Below are positions 26,031 through 39,179 of a stretch of 64,000 nucleotides of DNA, piece by piece. The stretch lies in assembly GCF_018350175.1 (NCBI RefSeq), contig NC_058369.1, forward strand, positions 18,664,001 to 18,728,000. The letters are read 5' to 3'. How positions within the stretch are numbered: position 1 is the first letter of the stretch; every line of letters starts with the position of its first letter. The notes beneath the pieces were generated by a model. That model searched no databases. It was not told the DNA's origin and saw only the letters and a program-made list of their open reading frames with translations. Both the position numbers and the translations under genes were made by a program. Source of the stretch: Felis catus. Taxonomy: Eukaryota.

Positions 26031-28965
26031 AATACAGAGATTCTTGCATCTCAGCAGCCTGAGAAGACACATGGATGGGCACTGAGACGGGATGCCAAAG
26101 CTTGGGAAGGAGTCTGGAAGCAGGGTCTGCTCCCATGTACCAGGCTTCCCAGCCCGACTTCTACGCATCCCCCTCCCTCCAGGCTTAGTGGCCTGCTGGC
26201 GGCTCCCTGCCTGCAACACACACTCGCTACAAAGCCTAAGCCCCTGACATTTCTTCCCCTGGGATGCCCCTCCCTGGGCCTCAGCTTGGCCCCTCCCAGG
26301 ATGTTTGCATGACTCTGCTCAGGTGTCCCTCCTCCAGAAGTGCCCCCCCCCCCAACTCACCAGCGTCGTCTTTCTCCTTCCTTATTTCTTAGTATACTTC
26401 CTTGTTCTTATTATACTCTGGATAAATCAGACCTACCTGTTTATCTTGGTCTTTGCCTGTCTCCTGTACCATAAGGCAAGTTCCGGCCTTGTCTGCCTTG
26501 CTCACTGCTAGTAACCAGGGTCTCTAGTGCGTCCAGTGCCAGGCACCCTGTAGCTCTTGATAAGGATCTGGTGTTCACCGAAGCCTCCCACTTGTGCCAT
26601 TCTGGCTGCCATTGGAGCCCTAATCCCTTCTGTCACTCCCTTTTGTATTTGGACCTGTATTCACCACATCCTCTATCCCAGATACCCCACCCTGTTCTCT
26701 GGAACCCCAAACTACCCTGGACCCCCAGCACCTTCCCCGGACGTTCTTTCCACCTTCTGCCAGGTGAGAGCCTGGCTATGCCTGAGTACAGCATTGCCCT
26801 CACCCTGCAACAGGCGTCCAGGTTCACATTCACTTGCTTGCTCCCCCTAGCTAGGGGGTCTTTGGGTCTGCTACACAAGCCTGGCCCTCAGACCTGGGTC
26901 TTTGCTGTCCTGTCAGCCATAGGCCATATGGTTCTACCTCTGTCTCTCCCTCAGCAATGCTGGGCTTCTATTACTTCCCACTTCCCTAAAGACTTTGGCA
27001 TCAAAATCCCAGGCTTCCTGCCCACTCTCCTTGCTTCAAGCCAGGGAAGGAAGGAAGGGAGGAAGGAAGGGCTAATGTTTTCCTCAGTGCCTACTGTGCA
27101 CCTGGCACCGCTCTCCGTCAGGCTGGGGTGACCCTGGCCCCGCTGTTGGCTCAGTCTGGCCCAGGCAGTCTAGGCATTGTGACTCAGGGCTGGACTAGTC
27201 CCTCAGGGCATTTGGCCTTCCCCTTGGGAGCTGGCCTCCTTGACAGTGTCTTACTCATTACACAATGGCTCGCCATGTGCCGTGAAGAGTGTGATCACAG
27301 GTGCTCACATGTGCTCATGTGAGTGTGCATGTGCACACGCACAGACCGGAGCGTGCATAGCCCTGTACACACATGTGAGCACATGTGCACACGCCACATT
27401 CACACGGTGTCTTGTCGTGCTTTTTTCCCAGCTCTTAATCACCACTCTCAGACCCACAGGCAGGTATTTTCCCTATGAGAACATCTATCTTGATGGTGTT
27501 GAAGCCCGAGCAGCTGAGTTTAATGCTCTCAGCATGTGAAAATGTGTCAGGTAGGAACACAGGCATCCCTGACCTTCTGTTGCCCAGACACAGAGCCCTG
27601 GAAAGGGGAGGAAGGGGAAGAGAATAGCAGAGGGAATCTGCTGATGGTTGGCCAGAGGGGGGACCTCTCCTGGCCAAAGGTGGCTCTAGCCTCCTGAAAA
27701 GGACTAATGCTTTTTGGATGGGTTTGGGCCTTAGACTAGGCTGTGGGGCCTCCTGAGAGAGTTAGTTCCCCCCGAACAGGCTGAGCAGTGAGGGGGGAGT
27801 GAGCATCAGCCCTTGAGCCAGGAGGGGAGGATGGGAAGTAGGAGTGGTGAGGGGGATACCTCCTGCAGGAAGTCCTCCAGCCTCTCACCTTGCTGGGGAA
27901 TCTCTAATAGTGGGAGGCAAGCTCCCCGAGGGGCTGACAGGTGAGTCTCCCACAAGAGGGATCTTGAAAGGAACCCCCAGCACCTTCTGGATCCTCACAA
28001 TGTAAGGGAGGAGAGGCAGGAGCCCAAGTGCTTCAGGTAGACAGCAGACTTCTGAGTTAGACCCATAGGAAGTGAGAGGTGAGCAAAACTGCAGGGTAAA
28101 GACTGCGGAGTTGGTGCAAACAGAAAATGAGCCACAGTCCGTGGACATTTGTCTGCAACAGGTCTAACAGGGCAGGTAGAACAATGGATGCAATAATGTT
28201 GAAGGCTGGGAGGGTACTGGGTGGCTTTCTTTTTAAATATCCTTTAATGTCACAGTGGGAATTACTTAGAGGAGGGTATGTTTTTCCTGCTGGAATCTTG
28301 AGTCTCACTTACCATCTCTAGATGCCATTCTTTGTCGTTCTGATTTTCTCACACAAGCCCTGTAAAGAATTGCATTCTGTAGATGGACACTTGCTCGGCA
28401 CTGGCCCCCTCTGGGTCTGGGCATTTGGCCTTGGAGGGGAGAGAGGATGGGAGAGAGGGAGACCGGACCAGGGAGGCGCCCACAGGAGTTGTCCTGCCTG
28501 GGGCTGGAGGAATCTGCAGGAAAGCATGGCGAATTTCCGGGGTTGGGAGCTCTGGGGAAGGCCCTGTCGAGGACAGAGTGCTTGAGCTGGGTTTTGAAGG
28601 TTGAATGGGTTTTAAGGAAAGGACCTTCTAGAAAGAGAGCAGAACACAAGCTAGGAGAAGTGATGGTCAGGTGAGGAGCCTCCAGACTCCCTGCCTGAAG
28701 GCAGCGCCAGAAAAGGAAGCGGCAGAGATAGGAGAGACCCCGTGGTGGAGTGCTTTGAGGGCAGAGGGGCTTTGAGGGCAAAGGGTGGGGTGCTTTGAGG
28801 GCAGAGCGGCCTGCAGGGCTGCTGTGCGGTGACCCAGCGACGCAGCGTGGGGCTGGTGGCATTTTCCTCTCTCTGGACAGGAAGAGTGAGCACTTAGCAC
28901 AGGTGGCTTGTGTGAGGCTCTGGGGCTGTGATTGTGTAGTTGCCACAGAAAAGCCAGGCTGCTTT

Positions 28966-29185
28966 CTTTTTTTTAATTTTAATTTTAATTTTTTAATGTT
29001 TATTTTTGAGAGAGAGAGAGACAAAGCGCGAGCAGGGAAGGAGCAGAGAGACACAGAATCTGAAGCAGGCTCCAGGCTCTGAGCTATCAGCACAGAGCCC
29101 GATGCAGAGCTCGAACTCATGAACTATTAGATCATGACCTGAGCTGAAGTCTGATGCTTAACCGACTGAGCCACCCAGGTGCTCC
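28966..29185 (-). mobile_element. CanSINE
   Basis: TSD ccaggctgctttc. Confidence 0.92.
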
Positions 29186-29643
29186 CAGGCTGCTTTCAAG
29201 TGGGCTTTCTGAACAACACTCCTGAGCTGGGCCTGCCCTGTGTCTCTGTCCCAGACCTCAGACACCTTTGTCTCCCGCCATGCGGACTGTCTATCATCAG
29301 CTGGAGAAGTCTATAGGCCCCAGGATTGTGGCAACACATCCTCCCTCCTCCACGGCCAGTGTGTCAGCCACTGCGGCCACAGAGGACCACCCATTCCCTA
29401 ATCATTTACCTCAGTTCATTGGTCTTTCAGTCCACAAACATTTACTGAACCCTGCTCTGTTCCAGGCTCTGTGCTGGGCTCCAAGGACCCTCATGGTGAC
29501 TGTGTGTGGAGGAAAGACAGATGACCACTTTTCTCTGGAACCCTCTTTCCTCCCCCCTGTCTTCCTCCATGGTTTTCTCTGATTCTGCCAGTCCACATTC
29601 ATTTCTTTCTCTGGGGCCCCCTGAGGACCCTACACCCACCCCA

Positions 29644-29644
<1 letters not shown>

Positions 29645-29683
<39 letters not shown>
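29645..29683. repeat. (CA)n microsatellite
   Basis: Read directly. Confidence 0.95.
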
Positions 29684-29686
<3 letters not shown>

Positions 29687-30152
29687 CACATTTAAGTTCT
29701 AATTATTTTGTGTATGGTATGTGGAGTTTTACACTTGCTTTGAATTCTTTTAATTGTAATAAATTTGAAATTGTAAAAGGTATTGTTCCGAGGATTTCAT
29801 TCTCATGTTATAACCTGTCACATCTAGTGCCAAGACTGCCTGGCCCCACACCAGGGCTGCTGGCCCTTTGTCCAAGGGCAGGATTCTTTAGCTGTTGGAA
29901 TAGCCCTGGCCAAGAGCTAGCACAGGGCCCTGGGCTATGGGGGCAACTGACAGAGGGATGAGTGCCAACAGGGTGGCTCTGGGAGGTGAGTGGGGGTGGG
30001 ACCCCTTGTGATGTTTTAACTCAGAGCTGAAACTAAGGGCCATGGATAATTCCCAATCATAATTCTCTTTTTAGGTCACTGACAAGTTTTCCCTTTTTCT
30101 TGTATAGAAACATAAAAAGCAAGAAAGGTATTGCTAGTAAAAAAAAGTTTTT

Positions 30153-30380
30153 AGGGGCGCCTGGGTGGCTCAGTCTGTTGAGCGTCCCGATTTTGGCTCA
30201 GGTCATGATCTTGCAGTTCGTGAGTTTAAGCCCTGCGTGGGGCTTGCTGCTTTCAGCCCAGATCCCGTTTTGGATCTTCTGTCCCCCTCTCTCTCTGTCC
30301 TTCTCCTGCTCGTGCTCTCTCTTTCTCAAAAATAAATTTTAAAAAAACATTTAAAAAAGTTTATAAATTTTTAAATAAAA
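30153..30380 (+). mobile_element. CanSINE
   Basis: ggggcgcctgggtggctcag head, (CT)n, A-rich tail. Confidence 0.9.
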
Positions 30381-32579
30381 AAATAGCAGTTCTGATTTCT
30401 GGACAGGGAGATTTTTTTAACATGGAGTGGGCAGACATTACTTTGGTATTTCTTTCTCTCCCAAAATACCCAATAGACATAGTTTTTGGATACTACCAGC
30501 TTCCCATGAGAAAGGAATCAAGAGGTCTCAGCCAGGTGGGGTTTCCTTAGGAGTCTGGAGGAATAAGCTCTGGGAAGCCTCATACCTTGGGGTGTTTCCA
30601 GGTCTAGCAGAGAGCACCGTACCCAGCAGGTGTTCACCCAATTCATGTATTAATGATGCAGACGCTGGGATATCTTGCTAACTGCATTGTTGGCCCTTGT
30701 CTTCCTGTGCTTGGAGCAGGGCTGGGTGTGAAGTAGGCCCTTAGCCATCTTTGTGGACTGAGGCTGTGTCCTGGCAACCCCCAAGGGCAGGCTGAGTGCT
30801 AAGTCCTCAGCCGTAGGTCTGAAGACTGGGCAGGAATTTGTGGAGTTTTCTGGCTTCTGCCCTACTGGGATTGGCATGGGAGAGTTGGGCCTGTGGCCTC
30901 CACAATCGCAAAGACTTGTGGTTTTCTCTTAACTATCTCAACTTTCTGGTTTCAGCAGATTTTGGAAGAGAGCTAATAAGCACAACACTATCCCCTTGGT
31001 AAAAGGCTGTAGTAGTAGAATTTGCAGGAGCTAGAAGCTGGGAAAAGCTGGCTCAGCTTTATGTAATGACTTCTGACTCCTGATTAGAGCTTCCTAGCCT
31101 TAGGAGTACTCCCTCTGAGCCAGAAAACTGGGGCACTTCACATCTCAAAATTGTTCCCATGCAGGGTCCTAATGCAGGTGTCTATAAGCCTGGAGCTGGG
31201 TGGGGGGCAGGAGCCTCAGTGGCTTTGGCTGGATCAGAACTCCTAGGCCACATTTGGGAGCCATGGCACTGCCAGAAGACAGGGTCAGTAAATGTGAACA
31301 GAGGACCAGCACTGGGGCTGAGGCTTTTGAGAAGGCTGTGGAGAAAGGACTAAGAATTTGCCTGTGTGGCCATGTGTCCCCTCAGGAAGCTGAGCCAGGT
31401 AGGGGAGTCCATGGGGGTGTCTGACTGGCCTGGAGGCACTCTTGAAGAGGGCTGGAAAAGCCAGGAAGTTCCTTAAAGTGCAAATGCTGTGCATAATGTA
31501 AGGCTTGGTGTAGGGGTGTACTGTGATTTGCCCAGACAAGTGTCAGGGTCCTGAGCTCAGTCTTTATGGTGCTCAAAGGGACGGGTCCTAAGGTTGGTCC
31601 CCTTTTTTCTTCTGGTGTCCCAGGTAGGGTCCCTGGGAAAGCCTGGGAGGTGATGAGGAGAGTCCTTCAAGGAGCTGCTGACCTGGGGCTTAGCTCTGGG
31701 TGGGGACTCTGGTCTGGCCTCTCCCTGTCTCCTCTTCCTTTCTCTGGCCCTTTGAGCTCCCAGCATGGGCCCCCACCTCCCCTGGTTCTGTCAGGAGTCT
31801 CCTGTTGATGAGCTCTTACCCAGGTCTGTGAAATATGTGGGAAAAAAGGCATCAGGGCACTGAAAACAGTAACACTTCCCTCCTACTGATTTCTAGCTCA
31901 AGAAGCCAGCTCCTTTATGTACTGTAGTAAAACCCAACCTTTGGATCTCTTCCTCTTGGAATTTGTGATAATTGGCTAAACCAGATCTTTGTAAACTGTG
32001 AATGATGTAAATATGACTGATTAATTCACCTAAAAGAAGTTGCTTGTTTCAAGCCTTAGCAGGGCCATTTCCTACAAACCTTGCCCAATTACAAATTATT
32101 TTTCATCAATTGATTAAAAGAGCCTGTGGAACCTCTGTGTCCTTTGGCAAACACATTAGATTCTGGGCACCCCTGCCCTCAGAGAGGGCTCAGTCTGAAC
32201 TGAAAGACAGATAGTAAACGGTGCCTTGCAGGGGGGTGGCCTTGGGACTGGTCTTGGGGGCACATGTATAGGGAGGGAGGCCCAGGATGCTCCACATCTA
32301 AAGCTGGGTTTGAATGGCACTGAGGAGGTGTTCAGTTGTGCCTCTGGAAAGCCTGTGGGCATGGACACAGGAAAGCTGCTGCTAGCTTGTCAAGAGCTCC
32401 CAGGCCTCAGGCACTTATACTGGGGGCATGTGCGTGACAGGCCAGTGTGATAGGCTTGGGCCTGCTGGTCCCAGGCCAGGTTAGTCATTGAGGAATTTGG
32501 TTCCTAGGAGCTTCTGAAATCAAACAAAAATGCTCATGAATGTGCACTTTTTTTCTTCTTAGGGATGAAATCTAAGGTT

Positions 32580-32712
32580 TTGTTTTATTTTAATTTTTTT
32601 ATTTTTTAAAGATTTCATTTTTAGGTATTACACTCAGTGTGGGATTTGAACTCACAACCCCAAGATTTAGAGTTGCATGCATGCTTTACTGACTGAGCCA
32701 GCCAGGCACGCC
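32580..32712 (-). mobile_element. Short-type CanSINE
   Basis: TSD aaatctaaggtttt. Confidence 0.85.
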
Positions 32713-33044
32713 CTAAATCTAAGGTTTTAAATTCGATTTATAAAGGGGCCCATGCTTTATAAAAGTTAGAACTTGCACAGTGGAAAGCCAGAGGAAAATG
32801 GTATTTGTTTTTGGTTGTAAAATGTCTTCTAGTTAAATATGATGAATTAAAAGAATCTCCTGTTCATTCTCCTTATTGAACTAACGAAAAACTATTGCAC
32901 TGCAGAGGAAAGTGTTAATATACCTATAAGGGGAGCTAGCCGATCAGGCTGGCCCAGAACTCACCACAATAAGAGTTGATACTAGAAAGCAGAGGGGCTG
33001 GACCTGCAAAGTCTTCAGGGAAAGAAAGCATAAACCTAGAATTT

Positions 33045-33229
33045 TTAAATTTTTTAAATCTTTTTTATTTTAGAGGGAGCACAAGTGGGGGAGAGGGGCA
33101 GAGAGAGAGAGAGAATCTCCACACTGAACGTGGAGCCCGACACGGGGCTCGATCTCAAGACTGTGAGATCATGACCTGAGCTAAAATCAAGAGCCAGACG
33201 CTTAACTGACTAAGCCATCCAGGTGCCCC
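33045..33229 (-). mobile_element. CanSINE inserted in a probable ancient L1 ORF1 relic
   Basis: TSD taaacctagaatttt. Flank aaacctagaattttatatccagacaaactg resembles the L1 ORF1 PRILYP motif. Confidence 0.85.
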
Positions 33230-34995
33230 TAAACCTAGAATTTTATATCCAGACAAACTGTTGTTCAAGTTTAATGACCACAAAGATACTTTTAGATATT
33301 GAAGAGCTAGAGAATGTGGTTCCTATGAGCCCTTTTTAAATGAATGAATGAACAAAAATTTCTAGAGAGAAACACCTTAAAAATGATGAAGGTATGATGA
33401 AAGGACTAGTAACCCCTCAATAGAGTCCTTAGAGCAGGAGGATGGTGTCTGCCATCATGTGCCTCAGGCAAGCCATCGGCCACACAATGCCCCCTGCCAC
33501 AAGCACCATGGTACAAGAGACATTCCCAGTTACACCAAGCTTCTGGCATTCGCTGCCCTAGCCGACTGATGCCTACATACAGCTGCCGTGGCTCTGGGAA
33601 AGCCATGGGATGGAGGTGAAAATGGGGCTGAAGGGAGGGTCATAGGTAAACACCACATGTATTCTCTGGTCTCTTTCTTGCGGGGATGGATTTGTCCTGA
33701 GTTGGGCCTGGCCCAGCTCTCAGTGAGACACTCCAGGATGTTGGGTGTCACTTTAGGCAGCTCTAAGGGTCTGGTTTTGTTTTACATCACGGATGACAGT
33801 TCTATGGCCCTACTCCCAGGTTCATGACAGACCTTACTAAGTGATGGCAACAGTCTTTCCCACAGATCTTTCCCAAGCCCAGTGCTCTATGCAGTCACTA
33901 TCACTTAACAGGGTTAGAGGAAAGTTACCCTTATTTCCCATCCTTGTTCTGGATTCTGGAGATGGGCTGGATCTAAAGGGAACCAAGACCAAATGGGATT
34001 GTTCTGAGAGATGCTCAGAGCATGTGGGCCCCAGGGCTGGGGAATGGGGTCCCCAGGGCCTGCTTTCCTCACAGTTGTGGACCGGCCCCCACCTTGCTGC
34101 CAGTGCTGGTGGTCTCTCCTCTCATGCTGGCAGCTCCCCTGGCCCATGCTGGGTGGCAGCAGCTTGCACTCCTACTGGTCCCTCTCGTCACCCTCTCTGC
34201 CATCCTGACCCACCTGGCGAATCATCCCAAACTCTCCCTCAGCAGCAGCAAAGCAGTCACAGCTCACTGCCTTAAACATGTTCTCTGCTGGCCCAGATGG
34301 ACTGGCCTGGCACCAGCTGAAGCTTGTTGTTTGGTCCCAGGAAGAGTTCCAACTGCTAGATGTTCCTAAGTGGAAACGATGAGTGGAGGTGGTGGGGATC
34401 TTCACATGGGTTTGTCTGCTCAGGGGTGTGAGTACGTGTATGCCCAAGTGCACAAGTATATACTTGCTGCGGGGGCTGTCACCAGGATGGCAAGGTGCTT
34501 TGTCCTCACTTGTAGGAGAGGAGCTAATTCTCTGGGGTCTCTTGGGTCTTGGAACCTTACCTTCATAGTGGGGCAGGAGCTTCAAGGGGCTGGAAGTTAG
34601 GAGGGGAGGATGTGGGCCTCTTGGGGAGCTCTGCGTGTAGCATGACACCCTACCACCACCACCCAGGAACCCTGTGGGTGGTACCTTCCCTCCCCAGCCA
34701 GCAGGGCAGCCCCTGGCTTCAAGAGAGCAACTCAGAGGCTCTGAGCCTGTGGTCTAGGTTTCCTGTCCCATGAAAGGCTCTGAGTGCTGTAGCTGAGTGT
34801 TATGGAGACCCTCACCTCTGTGCTGTTGGTCTCAGCAGAGCAAATTCTTTTTGGTTGATAGGTGGTCAGGAAGGGGCCTTCCTGACACTGACCTAAGTCA
34901 ACCTTCAATGGGGCAGGTCTGGGGGCAGGAGAGAATCTGGTCTGGGCCACCAACAGACTCCTTTTAAGATTGGGAGATTAAGAATTTCCTTAGCA

Positions 34996-35207
34996 GGGGG
35001 GGCGCCTGGGTGGCTCAGTCGGTTCAGCGTCCAAGTCTTGATTTCGTCTCAGGTCGTGATCCCAGGGTCGTGGGATCGAGCCCCGTGTCGGGTTCTGTGC
35101 TGAGTATGGAGCCAGCTTGGTATTCTATCTCTCTCCCTCTGCCCCTCTCCCCCACTTGTGCTCTCTCTCTCTCTCTCTCTCTAAAATAAAAAAAAAATTA
35201 AAAATAA
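34996..35207 (+). mobile_element. CanSINE
   Basis: TSD aagaatttcct(t/c)agcag. Confidence 0.92.
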
Positions 35208-35625
35208 AAGAATTTCCTCAGCAGAGCCTCCAAACTGGGGCACACGTGCCAAGAAGGGGAGGGAGATGAGGCAGCCAACTAAAGCTGTGAAAACATTTAT
35301 ATCCTATCTCATCCTTTCAAACTTTTCCATTTGGGGAGGTGTGTTTTATCAGTAATATATGTGTACGTAATCGGTGGATAAGTATTCATATGTTGGGGGA
35401 TAAGTATTCATATGTTCATATCAAACATACTTTATTGATAGGGATGCATGATCAGAAAGGCAGAAGGCCACTGGCCTGGAAACTGGGTAGGTCAAGAAGC
35501 TTTTTTTGTGTGTGGAAACTGGAATGTTTTTTCTAAAGTCAAACTTTCTGTGTTCTCCCATCCATTCGTGAGAGAATTGCTCCAGAACCCACAACCTGAT
35601 CGTGCTTCCCAAGATTCTGCAACCC

Positions 35626-35750
35626 TGAGGCGCCTAGCTGGCTCAGTCAGCAGTGCATACAACTCTTGATCTGGGTTGGGGTTGTGAGTTCAAGCCCCAT
35701 GTTGGGTGTGGAGATTACTTAAAAAAAAAAAAATACACAGAAAAACCCAA
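35626..35750 (+). mobile_element. Short-type CanSINE
   Basis: TSD ccaagattctgcaaccct. Confidence 0.85.
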
Positions 35751-38734
35751 ACCAAGATTCTGCAACCCTTGCTTCTCTGCCTGAATCCACAGGTACCAGT
35801 GGGTGGCCCAGTGGCCCTTCCTGGCATGGGCCTGAAAGGAGAGGATCCTCCCACAGCATCTGCCCAGTCATAATTGCCTATTACAGAAAGGTCAGCCATG
35901 AATTTATCAAAACCTTGTTTGAAGCTGTGGGACCTCTTCCGGCGGCTCTGACTTAAGAAAAACAGTTTCCCTAAGTTCAATCCCCTCCTGGTGAACAAAG
36001 ACAGTCATTTATTGGTGTGAAGTATTTCTTTTTTAAATATTCAACTGGAGGCGGTGGGGGCATGCTCTAGAATGCTGCCATGTGGAACCCAGCCTGGTTT
36101 TCCCTCTGGAGCCCGCACAGTCTCCCTGCCTCCCTGCTTCTCCTTCTGTTAGTCTGCTTCAGCCTGAGCAGGTCCTCTCTGAGCACAGCTGCCGCAGTGG
36201 CTCTAGGCTCCTCCCCACTGTGGACCTGGGCAGCCACATCTCTCCCTGTTGGCCCTGACCTTACGGATGTACCTGGTGGCTGGGGCATCTTTGGTCAGTG
36301 GAGCTTCTTGGCTTCATGCCTTTCCTGGGATATCTGACAGCGGCGAGCCCAGGTCTGACCAGCACAGTCTGGATCATTTCTCCCAGTGGTGGTCATGGTA
36401 TGGGACAGGAGGCTACTGGGGTACTGAGGAGTGCCGAGGGGGATGCCAACTGAATTGGCTCTGTGCCCCTCCCCAACAGCACCCATGTGGCCAGGGGGGT
36501 GGTCCTTCCAGCCCTGCTAAACAGCTTCAAGACTTGTTTCTGATCAGTCAATAGCCTTTAGTGCTGAAAGGGAGGAAAGCTGGTAGAAATCCAGCTATTT
36601 TTACCCCCTCTACCTTTCTTGGCTATCTTTTAAAAATATGTATCCCTGGATAAGCCATTTTTAGTCTTCCCTGCTTGGCTTCCAGCCACTCCTTCATATC
36701 TCTGCTCTCTCCCTCCTTCTCACCTACTTGTCCTCCTGTGTCTCCTCTGCTTTATGGCAGTGTCCTTCTTCCCTCCTTGCTCACCTGTGCTTATCCCAAC
36801 CCTCACCAAGCAAGAGCGGTCCCTGGGGCTTTTGGGAGGACCATTGGCCTCGTGGAGCCTCACTGCTGATGGTCCAGATCCATGAAACCAGGTCTTCTGT
36901 GGGGCTGAGCTGTGTCCTACCTGTGGACGTTTCCCTCCCCCTTTCCTTCCTCTCTCCCTTCTCTACCCAGTGGAGACTTTTATTAAGGAGGGCCGCCTGA
37001 AGAGGCCCAGGGCTACCCCAGCCATCCTGGTCTCTATGAGACTTGCATCCAGGGATGTGTCACAGATGGAGCTCCTGCATCTCCTGCAAGAGACGGGTGG
37101 GTCCTGTGTTGAGCAGGATGGGGAGCCAGCCCTTCTCCGGTCGGTCTGGGTGGGAGAGGGCCTGGGCAGTCACAGGGTGCGGCCCTCATTGGCATAGACT
37201 TTTCTTCTGTGGCTTCTCCAGTGTTGCAGCCTTCAGGCACAGAGATTCTTCACAGCAGGTTGTTGAATGCTCCTCCTCTGGGAGCTTCTCAAACCCTGGG
37301 AGGAGGTTGTGTCTTTTTGTTCTTTCTCTGACTTCTCCATTTCTGGCATCTCTTCTGCTCCCATAAACGTTGGTGCTCCCCACAAATCTTTCCTAGACCA
37401 CTGCTCCCGTGTGATCTCTGAGGCTTGCCTGTGAATCGAACCCTTAACTCTCCCCAATAGAAATATCTAGACTTTTCTGAATTGAATCCAAGCCCCAACC
37501 CATCTCCTGATACCTCTTGTACCTACCTCCCCACCTCAACAAAACCAGATCCAACTTCATGATTTTGCCATTTTATTCCCCATTCTCTGCTCACCGACTG
37601 GCTTCTGTCCCTTGACCCCCAGTCTCAATCAAAAGGACCATTCCTCCTCAGACCTCAAGCCAGAATACCTCTGCTGAAACTTCCCTCCCTCTCACCCCAT
37701 GGACTGTCTCTTGGGCTATTGCCGATTTTTCACTGTTTCCTTGCCTCTACTGTCTCCTTGACACACAGCCAGAGCACTCTCTTGTTTGAAAACCTTAGAG
37801 GCCCTAATATTCCCCTGGCCTTTCCCTTTTTAGCTCTAAGCTTGCCCATAGTTCAGGAAGTTCAGACCACAGGATTGCTGGGAGCTGTTCTAGGTGCAGG
37901 GGATAGCACTGGCTTAAACCTGCCGTGCCTGCCCCCGACAGCCACCCAGCCTGAGCATGCTCTGTCATGTCTCTGAGCCTTTTCATGTGCTCTCACCTCT
38001 GCCTACCTTGCTCTTTCACCTCAAGGAGAAGCCTCATCAGACTTCTGTCCCTTCCCTGGACCGTGTGGAGGCATGTCGTGCGGTGATTTGTTTGCACATC
38101 CGTCTCCCCTCTAGACTGTAGGCTCCCAGAGGACTGGATCCCTGTCTGATTCACTTTTTTAAAAATGTATTTCAATTAAATATTGAATAGGTATTTCTAA
38201 AGAATGTAAGAGTACTTATAAAATATGTATAAGATGCAAAGGATACAATACAATACAATGAACACCTGTAGACCCACCTTCCATTGTCAGAGACATAGTT
38301 TGTTCATACCGTCAATACCTATCACGGGGCCTGGAACTATTCCAGGGGTCAGCAGGTGTTTGTGAATGACTACATGCCTGAATGAATGAATGAATGAATG
38401 TTAGTTTTCTCTGTGAGTCTCTCAGCGTTGCTGGGCAAACTCCATGTGAAGTGGTCCCAACTGAATCGTGTTGCTGCCTGAGGTCAGTCCCACCCTGTGA
38501 GCTCGCTGAACCACTTACACATCTTTCCATTTACTTTGCATATGTTTATTGAGGGCTTGCTCAGTACCAAGAGTGGTGGGAGGACTGGGCTGCAGTGGGG
38601 AGCAAAACGTCAGAGACCTTCTCCTAGGGAGCTTCCACTTAACCACCTCTTCAGAAGAGAAAAAAATAATCCAAAGAGCCCAAAGTGCAGTGCTGCCTAC
38701 CTGTCCACAGCCTCACTGCGCTCCCGAGAGTGAC

Positions 38735-38940
38735 AATGTGCGACAGTGGTTAAGGACAGGGACTGCAGGCCTTGACACAAGTCATGATGGCTTTGCAAGT
38801 TATATAACTCCTATGTGTAGCAGTTTCCTTGTCTGTAAAATGGGCAAAATGGGTCCTGTCCTGTGGATTTGCTATGAGGCATAAAGGAGTTAATATGTGA
38901 TAGGTGCCTGGCACACAGTGGAGCTCGCAGTAAGGCTCAG
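38735..38940 (+). mobile_element. MIR relic
   Basis: cagtttccttgtctgtaaaatggg core and gtgcctggcacacagt end. Confidence 0.8.
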
Positions 38941-39179
38941 TTGGCATCACCACCACCATGGTGAGCAGAGTATTCTGTATGGTGGGAATGGGGTGCAACC
39001 AATAACCAGAGAGGACTCCACTATCATATCTGCAGCTCTCTCCAGCATGAGCTCAGATCCAGGGAAGGGCCGAGTGCCATGCTAGTCACGTGCCATGCCT
39101 TGTTTCCTCAGCTCTAACACACTTTTGGGCCACATTTGCTTTTCTGAGTCATGATGTGCCTACAGCCAATCTATTCTGG

